A DNA stretch of 63,212 nucleotides, the filler included, from Kipferlia bialata (Eukaryota), in NCBI GenBank assembly GCA_003568945.1. It is 6 parts of 6 records of this genome, joined end to end, with 100 filler letters (N's around TTAATTAATTAA, not from the genome) between each part and the next. Parts side by side here need not be neighbours in the genome. Positions count along the whole stretch, not along the records: positions 13,053 to 25,985 come from BDIP01001009.1; positions 26,086 to 39,015 come from BDIP01001010.1; 4 more parts are not named here. One strand, given 5' to 3'. Shown in pieces: positions 14,059-26,330 of the stretch. Numbering within the stretch: position 1 is the stretch's first letter; every line of letters starts with the position of its first letter. Made by a program: the position numbers and the translations under genes. Below the pieces are notes generated by a model. It was given only the letters and a program-made list of their open reading frames with translations, had not been told where the DNA came from and searched no databases.

Positions 14059-17000
14059 CCTCTCACCTCCCAGCCCCAGATCCACTACAGCCCCACCTGC
14101 CACTTCTTCCCATTCGACATTGCAGTCTGCCCAGAGGTGCTATTCTAATGAGATATGGTACTAGTATATACATTTATGTATTGCTACAGTATCACATGCA
14201 TATATATATATCCACCTGCCGTTTCTTCCCATGCGACATTGCAGTCTGCCCAGAGGTATGCATATTCCGAGACGCATCCATACAAGTGCAGATGTAATTG
14301 TATATACTTTGTATTTTCGTGTATATGTGTGGAACCTTCTTCCCATTTGACATCGCAGTCTGCCCAGAGGTACTAACCTAATGAGATGTACATACTATAC
14401 CTGTGTGGCTAGATTCGCACTCTCATTCTACATCTTACCCCCAGGGCGATGCCTCTGTCGAGAGAGAGAACCAGCGTGAGCTGGCCGAGGACGAGGTGTG
14501 TGTCTCTCTCTCTCTCTACCCCCTTCTCTCCTCCTCTTCTACTAAGAAGGTACTCTCTCCCCCGTCTCTCCTCTCCCTTCACATATAGTAATATACATAT
14601 ACACTAATACCCAGGGTGATCCCCTCCCCCCCCACCCCTCCGACATGGTGTACCTGTCTGCACATGAGGTGGACTCCATCTGCGAGAAGGCAGCAGGGTA
14701 CGTGTGTATATAAGGATGTATATTTATATATAAATGTATCGTATCGTATATACATATATATAGTATATACATATATTTCTTCTAACCTGTAGTGTATATG
14801 TATATCTATATTGATGCACCATCTCACCCCCCAGCCGCTGTGACCTCCTGACCTGGGCCACACCTGTGATGGTCGGTACACTCGAGGTATATATCTCAGT
14901 ACATATGTCAATACATATTGGTACTTAGTATATGCTCAAATTATAGTTCACCCTGCTCACCCCCAGGACTATATGTATATATATGTGTGTGTGTATGTAT
15001 ACCCCATCCTCACCCCCAGGAGTGCAAGGCCATACCAGTCGAGGGAGTGGCCACCACCATCCCAGGTACTTAAGTTCATCTCTCTCTCTCTCCCTCTTTC
15101 AAATTGTCAGGTACTTGTGTTCATTTCTCTATCTCTCTCTCTCTACATTGAGCCATGTCCCCACAAGTTCTCTTCACATATATCTCTGTATACTCCTAGA
15201 CCATTGACCCTAGGCCGCCTTGGCCTTGAGCCCATCCCCGACAACTTCTCTCTCTCTCTCTCTATACACTATTGTATATCCATATGGTTTCTCCCTAACT
15301 TCAGGCCGCCTTGGCCTTGAGCCCATCCCTGACAACTTCTCTCTCTCTCTCTCTACACCACTATATATCCATATAGTATTTGTATCTCTATCTCACACCA
15401 GGCCGCCTTGGCCTTGAGCCCATCCCTGACAACTTCTGGGAGGGGGTCGTCATCAGGTATGTCTCTCCTCTTGCCATATATACGTTATGGCCATTGTATT
15501 TCGTGACGGCTTCACTATTTGAGTATATACACTTATACATGAACATCGATATGAATCTCCATACTCTTTAACCCCAGGCCACTCCACCAGCGTGGCAGAC
15601 ACACACTTATATTCACAAGCATAAGTGTATTCACACATTAGTATACATATGTCTCTCTCTATATATGTATGTGTGTACTAACCCCAGGCCCCTCCACCAG
15701 CGTGGCAGGCACACCATCATGAAGCGCAAGGTCAACGTCATGGGGTCTGCAGGAATAGCAGCAGCTGAGAGGGCAGCCAAGGTATATAGTGCAATCAGTA
15801 ATATATGTATATATTAATATCTCTGTATATGAGTATGTATTTGTGTATATATACATTTGTTAGTGTGATACTATTTATGATCAGCGAAGAGGGCAGCTAT
15901 GGTGGGAAGAGCGTCGTATGTAAGCCCGTGGATCTACCAATGGCCCATTCTCTCCCTCTCTCATATCATGTACTCATAGGTGTTTCTTTTCTCACCCCAG
16001 TCCAAGATCCGTGGCTCTGCCAATGCCAATGACACAACAGATGTGCTGGCACCTTACAGGGCAGGTTGGCATATTAATAGTGCATGATATATACTCTACC
16101 CTAGTATCTGGTCATTCCTCCACCTATTTGTATCTATGATTGTGTATACCTCTCATTCTTAGCCATCGACGCTGTCCTGACTGTGGACAGGGCCACTGAC
16201 ATACACACACCTCTACCACTATGGATGTACTATATTGACTACTATATATATATATATATATATATTCTTCTCACCCCCAGCCATCGACGCTGTCATGACT
16301 GTGGACAGGGCCACTGACATATATCTCCCTAATACTATACATATATACTCAATATATACTCTGTATATACTCTGTATATATATATATTCTTCTCACTCAT
16401 AGCCATTGACACCATCATGACTGTGGACAGGGCCACTGAGATCATCTCCCACCACGGGGTGGCCATGAAGGTATGAGATGGGTATACATATAGTTACTAT
16501 ATGATATAGTATATATGGATATTTCTTACCCCTTTGTGTCATTCGACATCTCGCACCATGGGGTGGCCATGAAGGTATGCATATATATATATATATACAA
16601 TATAAATTATTGATGTACCATATATGTATGATATACCATAGTGTACATATGCATCAGTACATTGATGTATACATATACATATCATCTCCCATCACGGGGT
16701 GGCCATGAAGGTACGAGAAGGGTATACATAATATACAAATTTAGTATATATGGATGCCACTTACCCAATTGGGTCAAAGGCGATGTCATCAAGCAGTTCT
16801 TAACTATTTCCCCCTAGATATGCACACTATACATACACAGTAGCGTGTCACTGTAACCTAACCCTCCAGGTCATTGGCCGTGTCATCAAGGAGTTCTCCG
16901 ATGAGGTGATGGGACTGGTCATGGAGGGCATGGACGAGGCATTCTTCAGGTATTATATATATATATACTGCATATGTATATATATGTATATACACTATTA

Positions 17001-17735
17001 CCTCCACTATATATACCCTTGGATTATCCGATGAGGTGATGGCCCTTGTCATGGAGGGCATGGACGAGGAGTTCTTCAGGTACTTATGTATATAATATAC
17101 ATGTATATATATGTATTAGTATATATATAATGTGCAATATACTACATATACTACATTGTAGCTGACTAGTCATGGAGGGCATGGACGAGGCATTCTTCAG
17201 GTACTGATGTATGTATATGGATCGGAATTTTCTCTGTATACTGTATAATTCTTCTATAGTCTGATAAGATCGACGTAAGGATGGAGGGCATGGACGAGGA
17301 GTTCTTCAGGTACAGAGTCTGTCACAGACATTCTTATGGATATTTGTATAATATGAACATGAAGGAACCTTCATGTTTGTACTGTGTACTAGTGTACATG
17401 ATATACTTTAGTCCACTCACCCCAGGCTGACTGACAAGACCCAGGCCAAGCTGAAGAAGGTCATCCGCAAGGTATGGGAACATCATTGTTATAATAGATA
17501 CATATAGTATGCTCTTTCACGATATGGTACACTACAATCATATATACAGTTAGTGGTACTTTACTTGTAATGATTACTGGTGCATTTGCTGAAGAAGCTC
17601 ATCTGCAAGACATATGCTGGTCTCTCTCTCTCTATTCATATATACATCTCTATGTGTACATGTCACACCCTCCTAACCCTTCAGGAGGCGGGTGTCTTCG
17701 TTAGGCAGGTCTTCCTGCAGCAGGCCCAGGGTTAG
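13142..17735 (+). CDS. Rnl2-family (T4 RNA ligase 2 / kinetoplastid REL-like) ATP-dependent RNA ligase, 5' partial, multi-exon
   Basis: Exons give GTNFGI (motif I tail; the catalytic Lys exon is missing), FQRRTGALGPQEAFYSY (Ia), IFGEFYGG (III), HYSPTCHFFPFDI (IIIa), WEGVVIRP (IV) and TIMKRK (V). C-terminal TVDRATEIISHHG...IGRVI resembles the Rnl2 C-domain. Stop TAG at 17733-17735. Confidence 0.85.
15202..15440 (+). repeat. Acceptor plus exon-start echo cluster (2 intronic copies) in the RNA ligase gene
   Basis: ag|gccgccttggccttgagcccatccc(c/t)gacaacttct occurs three times. Confidence 0.9.
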
Positions 17736-18163
17736 CACCGACCGGCTGGCAATCATAGACCCCACATCCGTATTCTACGCGATATTAATATTGCTTTACG
17801 CGATTGTGGTAACACTGAGGGGCACATGGCTGAAACCTCCAATATATGTAATAGATTCGCTCAGTGAAGCATTTGTAAGTTGCACTGGCAAGTGAGGATA
17901 CTCTCATATACTATTGTCAATTTTTAGCTAATGATATTAGTGATGGTACCTTATCATACTCAAATACATGCCTATACAGTACAACCCAAGAAGAGGACGA
18001 ACAAATATATTGGCACGAGGTTCCAAACACCTCACTAATGAATGAACAATGGACACAAAACGATAATCTCTCCACGACTAACACTCCCACTGACACTTAG
18101 TGCTAAGCGCATATGACTCTAACCGACAGTTTGTCTCTCCAGTGGAGACTCCTAGTTACTGCC

Positions 18164-21063
18164 TTAGTGCTTTCTCCTCTTGCCGCTCTTGACATTGGAG
18201 GAACCAGAGTGCTTGCCTAGGGGTCAATGACACACATTCGAATTTGAATACGAAGTACATATACAGAGAGACAGAGAATAGTTATATACAGTGTATTCAG
18301 TGCTTGTCTCTGTCACCTCATCCTTCCTGTCACCGGCCGTATGTATACACACGTATATGTACATATACTATTTCTAAAACATAGTATATACACATATATA
18401 CACATCAACACACCTAGCAGCTCGTCCTCGTCCTTCTTGTCCTCGGCAGCCTCAACCACAAGGTGACGGCCTAGGAGTGAGAGAGAAGTATATACATAGA
18501 TAGAGAGAGAGAGAGACAGAAAGACCACAAGTTGATGGCCTAGGAGTAAGAGAGAGAGGGATGGTGAGAAGGAAGACGACGCATACTTAGCTACATATGT
18601 AGATCTGCAATGGTTATATACATACCATAGAAGTGGGTTCCGTTCAGCATCTTGGCGGCCTCGGCGGCATCCTCAACACTAGAGGTTAGACATAGGTATA
18701 TGTATATAAATATACTGATACATAGATAAAGAGAGAGAGAGAGAAAGCATCTTGGCAGCCTCGGCAGCATCCTCAACACTGGGGGTGATGTCCACATAGT
18801 GATATACATACACATACATATAGGCATATACCGATGTGCACTGACCTAGTGTACTCTGCGAATCCGAATCCCCTCAGCTCTCCGTTCTGCCTCTTTGGGG
18901 CACGCATGGTCTTCAACTCGCCAAAGGAAGAGAGTAACTGACGCAGTTCCTATTGTTAGAGTATATTGATAGAGAGAGAGAGAGAGAGAGACACGCATGG
19001 TCTTCAACTCGCCAAAGGAGGACAGGAGCTGACGCAGTTCCTATCGTTAGAGTATATTGATAGAGAGAGAGAGAGAGAGACATGCATGGTCTTCAACTCG
19101 CCAAAGGAAGAGAGGAGCTGACGCAGTTCCTAATGGTAAGTATTATAGTATTTACGTATATATATGGGAGCGAAAGAGAGAGAGAGAGAGAGAGTATGGT
19201 CTTCAACTCGCCAAAGGAGGACAGGAGCTGACGCAGTTCCTATTGATTAGGTATATAGATATAGATAGGGAGAGAGAGGGAGAGAGAGAGAGAGAGACAT
19301 GCGTGGTCTTCAACTCGCCAAAGGAGGACAGGAGCTGGCGGAGCTCCTATTGATTAGGTTTTCATATATAAATATGTGTGTGTGTGGGACAGAGAGAGGG
19401 AGAGAGATATTGTGCCAAAGGAGGACAGGAGCTGACGCATTTGCCTAACGGATACATATATTCCATTAGATATATATCACTCTGTACCTAAGCATTGGCC
19501 TGGAATGCAATGTTCCTGATAACCAGCTACATACATATTCAGATGTATATATAATAATATATACATATATGTATAATTGATATATACAATAGAAGTATGT
19601 CACTCAATACCTTAGCATTGGCCTGGAATGCAATGTTTCTGATGACTAGCTTGAGGGCACCCTTGGCCTTGGCCGGGGTGGAGGCATCTCTATACATGAG
19701 TATGTATTGTATAGTATCTATCTATCTATACACTCTAGATATGTCAGCAGCAAACAGACAAGTACTTAGTACCTGTTAGTCAGCCTCATCTCCAGGGGGT
19801 TGTCCTTGGGGGCACGCTCCAGCCTCTTGGCGGCACGGGCCTGGGGTGAGGGTATGGACGTATATGCATGATTGTTTGGATATATGCACAACAACAGAGA
19901 GATTCACACAAATGATTACTTTTGATTATGAATATTATACCTTGGCCCTGGCCTCGTCTGTGATGGCAGCCCACTCCAGATACAGGGGGACCTGGGGTAA
20001 GAGGTATATGTATATGGATACAAGGCAATACATGTACACAAATACATATAACGTGAATCGAGTGGGAGAGAGAAGCGCCACAAAGTCGTCCCCAGACAAA
20101 AGTGCGTAAATATAGGTAATACACCCCATATACCTTGCTCTTTCCGAGGGGTGTGAATGCCAGTCTCCTGAAGGCAACCTGGGGGTCAGACGAGTTGTAA
20201 GGGTATGAAAGTAAGAACATGACCCATGAATATGTGTATTAGCGTCTTTCTATGGCTATTGAAGGCAACTATGCAATGTATATGGACACCACTTAGTATA
20301 TGGATATGACATATTGTATATGATAGCAGTACCTTAGCGGACTGAGCATCTGCCATCTCGACAATGACTGTATACTATATCTACATATATACACATACAT
20401 TATCTATATACGTATACAAATAACTATGCACACACATCTATACCTTAGCGGACTGAGCATCTGCCATCTCGACAATGGTCAGAAGGGCACCTGGGGGTAG
20501 ACATATAGAATATAATACATATAGAGATAGAGGTAGAGAGAGGGAGGGAGAGGGAGAGATAGGTTAGAAGGGCACCGGGGGAGGGGGGGGGGGGGGGAGA
20601 GATAAACCTATACAATGGATATAATGCAATATGTATCTCTATACCCACCTGGGCTTGGGTACACTGCACTGACTGCGGCGATTACATATATATTAATACA
20701 TAGTATACATGTAGTGTATATATAGTATATATATAAATAGCAGTATGTACCTGGGCTTGGGTACACTGCACTGACTGCTGCATGCTTGGAGAACATGGCC
20801 TCTGGGGGGTGAGAGATAGATAGAGATAGAGAGATAGAGAGAGTTACACGGAGAGAGAGATGCTTTGGAGGACAAGGCCTCTGGAGGGTGAGAGATAGTT
20901 ATAGGCATATGTATATATATATATATATATATATACAGCGTATGTACCTATGTCGTCTGGTGACACATCCTCTGGGATGTTCTTGCACAGCACAGTGGTC
21001 TTGGACCTATGGTTAACATACACATGTATATATAGAGAGGGAGTATATATACTGAGAATATAT

Positions 21064-21097
<34 letters not shown>

Positions 21098-21711
21098 TCT
21101 ACCTGACACTCTCTGCGTCCGGATCAGGCTCGATACCCCTGCTCTCGAGGAAGATGCCTGGGGGTTAGTGTATGTGTATCATACATATATGCGATATATA
21201 TATATACAAATAGTATACATTTATAGTGTTTATGTGTTTATAGTATATATATATAGTGTGAGAAATTGTATCTCTACTCCATGCTATCACAAATAAATAC
21301 ACAATGTACCTAGCTCCCTTGTGAGTATTGCCTCTCCCGCTTCCATTCTGACAGCTGCATACAAAATGAATAGTATATAGTATATACATAGCATATAGTA
21401 TAGATAATTAATAGTATAATACCTAACTCTCTGGCTAGCCTGGCCTCTCCCGTTGCCATCCTGACAGCTGCATTCTCTGAGAGAAGGTCCTCCTTGGACA
21501 CACCCAGTCTGGAGGCAAGTGTAGAGGTCATAGCGCCCTAGGATTAAGGGTGTAGAGAGAGAGAGAGAGAGAGAGAGACCCAGCCTGGAGGCAAGGGTGG
21601 AGGTCATGGCACCCTGATATTAAGGGTGTAGAGAGAGAGAGAGAGAGAGATACCCAGCCCAGAGGCAAGGGTAGAGGCCATGGCACCCTATAGTGAGTAT
21701 ATATAAATATG

Positions 21712-21753
<42 letters not shown>

Positions 21754-23730
21754 ATGTGTGTGTGTGTGTGTGTCCTCACCTTGTTAGTGTGGAGTGTGTT
21801 CCATGTGGACTGGTCGGCAGAGCTGTTGAGTCTGGGGTCAGGGATATCTAGTAGTATAAATATACATATATAGATGACACACATATATACAAGTCAGTAC
21901 ATATATATACCAGCTATGGACTGGTCTGCAGAGCTGTTCAGTCTGGACATGAAACGCAATATTACACATATATACATACAAGCACAGTTTCTGTTATGTA
22001 TGTGATCTCTCTCTCTCTATATATATGTACCTGTCTATCCACATACACATACCTCTGCTTCTTCTGCCTCTGCTTGTATGTCAGCTTAGAGTCATCACTC
22101 TCCCTGGGGGCAAGGGCAGCTGTGAGCCTAGCGTTAGATATTTACATGAGCAAATATATATACATACAAATAAATATATAGAACGAGCGAGAGAGAGGGG
22201 GGGGAGAGGGAGAGAACACCCTCCCTGGGGGCCATGGCGGCTGTGAGCCTAAGGTGAGATATATACATACAGGTAGAGACAAAGAGAAAAAGAAGAGAAT
22301 GTCAATCAAGTACAGTAGTACCTGATGATCTTTCCTCCGATGATGTGGCTCTCTGAGAGTGCCTTGACAGCATGCTCAGGCAGCATGAACTGCACAAAGG
22401 CAGAGCCTGGCATTAAGGGTGCAGAGGGAGAGAGAGAGAGAGAGAAAGTATGCTCAGGCAGCATGAACTGCACAAAGGCAGAGCCTGACAATAAGGGTGC
22501 AGAGGGGGGGAGAGAGAGAGAGAGAGAGAGAGAGAGCCTTGACAGCATGAACTGCACAAAGGCAGAGCCTGACAATAAGGGTGTAGAGAGGGAGAGACAG
22601 AGAGAGAGAGTAAACAGTACCTGTGCTGAACTCTGACACTGGGTCGATGATGATGTGGGTACATCACACACATATACACATACACATACACCTCTACATA
22701 GTATGTGTATCTATCTATATAACTATCCATATATATATATCTATCTATATACACACAGTACCTGTGCTGAACTCTGACACTGGGTCTATGATGTGGGCCT
22801 ATTTATAATACATGAATGTATATATGTACAAACTAAATTAACACATTTATCATATATATATATATATATAGGTGTATTACCTGTGCTGAACTCTGACACT
22901 GGGTCTATGATGATGTGGGTGTCACTCACAGGACCATACTTCTCAAAGTGCCTGGGTGTTACATGTGTGTTCAGACACATACTATTACATACACACTGTA
23001 TATACATATATGTGGGTATATACCTCCTCAACACCCCACTGTCTGTGCTCACTGGCAAATGGTACAGCTTCACATTCCTCTATACTATATAATATATACA
23101 CTATACATATGTATATATATACCTCCTCAACACCCCACTGTCTGTGCTGACTGGCAGGTGGTACAGCTTCACATTCCTCTATACTATATTATATATACAC
23201 TATACATATGTATATGTATACCTTCTTAGCACCCCACTGTCTGTGCTGACTGGCAGGTGGTACAGCTTCACATACCTCTATACTATATAATAAATACACT
23301 ATACATATGTACATGTATACCTCCTCAGTACCCCACTGTCTGTGCTGACTGGCAGGTGGTACAGCTTCAGTCTGCCTGTCTCTCCGGCATCGGCAAAGCC
23401 CTCGCCTACATGTAAGGAACATATTTATTACTATAAATATATACATGAATATACTACAATATATACTCAGTCTGCCAGTCTCTCCGGCAAAGCCCTCTCC
23501 TAGGGTAAGAGAGAGTAATATAGAGATATATGCTCCCCGGCATCGGCAACGCCCTCGCATGATTACCAGACAACTACATAGTCACTACACTGTATCACCC
23601 ACAATATTTACACCACTATACTACTATGAACATAGCTGTACCTGACACTGTCACTCCATTGCTCTCCCCCTCCTGGGGTGCCTGTCTGACAGGGGCAGTG
23701 GCTACTTGGACCTAGGGGTAAGTGTATATG

Positions 23731-23798
<68 letters not shown>

Positions 23799-24917
23799 AT
23801 ATGTCTGTCTCACAGGGGCAGTGGCCATCTGGACCTAGGGGTAAGTATCACTTAGACCAAGAATGAGGGATTGGAGATACGACTCCTCATAGAACAAACA
23901 GATCTACATCCACATAATCAAATACATGTGCAATGTATACATAAATACAAATGTATATACATGTACCTCAATCTTCTGGCTCCTCATGTATGTGCTGTTC
24001 AACTCCTTGACAGACCTAGGGGTAAGGAAGAGACAATACGAATGAAGACACGTGGGACTGATAGAGAGAGAGAGAGAGATAGGAATAGATAGGTGCCATT
24101 CAACTCCTTCACGGACCTAGGGGTGAGACGCTAAGTGTATATAATATATATACAAGTTGTATACACTAAGTATTAGTCATTGCATGGTACTCTTCCTTAG
24201 ACTTGGGATATAGATATGAGAGGAGTGGCAAAAGTATATGCACAGTGAGGCAGAGAGAGACAGAGAGATGAATATATGGAGCTCAATTCTTGCCTTGCTG
24301 CTGTCCCTCATTGAACATCATGTATATGGTATATATTGAATATATAGAATGTATGATTAGTATATACATATACAATATAGGTCAATACAGTTATATACCC
24401 TATACTTTCACTATACCTTGCTGCTGCCTCCTCGTCGTTGAATCCAAAGAGACAGACACAAAGTATACATATTCATTATGTATATGTATATATGTCAATA
24501 TAGTCCATCTATATCTATGCCATACCTTGCTGCTGCCTCCTCGTCATTGAATCCAATGAATGCATAACGACGGGACTTTCCATCACTACAGAGTGAGTGA
24601 GAGAGAGGGAGAGACATTAATCAAGAGAGATACAGATCAGAATAGAGAGATCTCAGAGAAAGTACACAGAGCGGTGGTGGTGGGGGGGGGGGGGGGGTAC
24701 TAATACTGGGTCGTCTTCTAGGAATATGCGGCAACACAGGACGTAGGTAAGCGATGGTACAGTGAGATACTCAGAGTGTGAGAGAGTAGAGAGCAATAGA
24801 TACGTACGGTCTACGCTTCACGTAACAGTCTGTGATGGATCCATATGGCGAGAACAGGGCCTTGAGCGCCTTCTCGTCTGCCTGCACGGGCAGATTCTTG
24901 ACAATGACACGGGACAT
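18164..24917 (-). CDS. MRD1: Multiple-RRM ribosome biogenesis protein MRD1/RBM19, multi-exon
   Basis: N-terminal MSRVIVKNLP...DGKSRRYAFIGF, further RRMs (GSAFVQFMLPEHA; AFRRLAF...PLYLEWA; KLVIRNIAFQA...ELRQLLSSFGELKTMR...LRGFGFAEY...THFYGRHLVVE), ending in basic GKRRKH*. Confidence 0.9.
18893..19440 (-). repeat. Acceptor plus exon-start echo cluster (4-5 intronic copies) in MRD1
   Basis: The tag|ELRQLLSSFGELKT block repeats about every 90-110 nt, separated by (GA)n/(TA)n tracts. Confidence 0.9.
23021..23370 (-). repeat. Exon-end plus donor echo cluster (3 intronic copies) in MRD1
   Basis: The KLYHLPVSTDSGVLR|gt block occurs four times at about 100-nt period. Confidence 0.9.
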
Positions 24918-25060
24918 AGCCCCAGTACGCGCAGAGAGAGAGTAGCTACTGAAGATGTGGTACTGTCTTCTCAACTACACCCTTAAGACGTTTTTGCCAA
25001 TCTTGTATCTGCCTTCAATCATGCCTCCGTGACCTATTTTCGGGATTATAGACAGTAGAA
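24918..25060. promoter_or_regulatory. Putative bidirectional promoter between MRD1 and MAK16
   Basis: 143 bp separate the two divergent ATGs. Confidence 0.6.
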
Positions 25061-25919
25061 ATGTCCTCAGGCCAGGACGGAATCATATGGGAGTGCATTA
25101 ACAAGGGCTTCTGCTCTTTTAAGACGAAGACTGCCCGCCAGACCATGTGCAGGAACCCATACAACCTTACCGGTCTTTGCGGCAAGAAGAACTGCCCTCT
25201 TGCCAACTCCCGGTACGCCACAGTCATTGACGAGGACTACAAGGTGTTCCTGTGCATCAGGACACCCGAGCGTGCTCACCTCCCCTCCACCATGTGGGAG
25301 AAGGTTGAGATGCCAGAGGACTACTCTGAGGTATGTGGAGCTATTCAACTTACCCTGTAGTATAGGGTGGTAGTATATATGCGTATATTACATTGGGGTG
25401 GGAGAGTGTAAGTGTGTGTAGCGCGGTACACGCTGCATTTGTTACCAGAGTAAGATATGGTACCGGTACCGATGTGCCTCTCAAGTATGATCTCTATCAG
25501 GAGTGTAACCAATACACTGCCGGATCTGTTTATACTAGATGTATACCTCTGTGGCGTCGCCTGCATCGCATCATACTGACTACTCATTGCATTGGGTTCT
25601 CTGATCACACATACAAGTATCCTTATGTCTCTCTTTCTTCTGTATTTCTGTACTCTTCCCTCACTACTAGGCCCTGAAGCTTGTGGATGAGAAGCTCCAG
25701 TACATGCCAGCATACATCAGACACAGGTAAGAGACATGTGTCCAGATATTTGGTAGTCAAATCGTGTACAATATGGAATATGTGCCTCTCCCGCTCTCTC
25801 CCCCTACTCTCCCTAATTAGTATGTATGTATGTACCTATCTTACCCCAGGTGTAAGCAGAGGCTGACCAAGATCACTGAGATGCACGTGAGGGTCAGGAA
25901 GCTCAGGAAGAAGATCGAG
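25061..25919 (+). CDS. MAK16: MAK16 60S biogenesis protein (3' partial, 3 exons visible)
   Basis: IIWECINKGFCSFK...CRNPYNLTGLCGKKNCPLANSRYATV...TPERAHLPSTMWEK...ALKLVDEKLQY...CKQRLTKITE. Confidence 0.95.
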
Positions 25920-25926
25920 GTGGGAT

Positions 25927-25979
<53 letters not shown>

Positions 25980-25985
25980 CATATA

Positions 25986-26085
25986 NNNNNNNNNNNNNNN
26001 NNNNNNNNNNNNNNNNNNNNNNNNNNNNNTTAATTAATTAANNNNNNNNNNNNNNNNNNNNNNNNNNNNNNNNNNNNNNNNNNNN
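25986..26085. other. Artificial scaffold-joining spacer
   Basis: N44-TTAATTAATTAA-N44. Confidence 0.97.
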
Positions 26086-26330
26086 CCAGAAGCCGAGATA
26101 TATATGGTGAAGTGGTGACCTATTCTGCGGCACATGAGTGACGTCAGGGCATGTTGCATCTCTGCACAAATAGAGGTGAAAGAGATACAATGAATATGAA
26201 TCTCTAAGTACTTTACAATATATGAAGCCACAAACTTTTTATCTGGTACATCTATTATATATCAAAGGTATATGTCACAGGACCTTCAACTGCCTCAGCA
26301 AACTCTATACAGGTGCCGGGTGTCCATTAT

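Noticed and set aside
17356..17377. 10-bp inverted repeat aacatgaagg-aa-ccttcatgtt in an intron
   Set aside because: A single occurrence with no supporting context.
18893..19440. Repeat-spacer-like array resembling CRISPR
   Set aside because: The repeats are copies of a coding exon start with a splice acceptor, the spacers are microsatellites, there are no cas genes, and the context is eukaryotic.
24975..24990. CTACACCCTT shared upstream of MAK16 and DBP10 (46600) as a ribosome-biogenesis motif
   Set aside because: The same word occurs in ordinary introns (e.g. about 53006, and reverse strand about 21545), so it is not specific.
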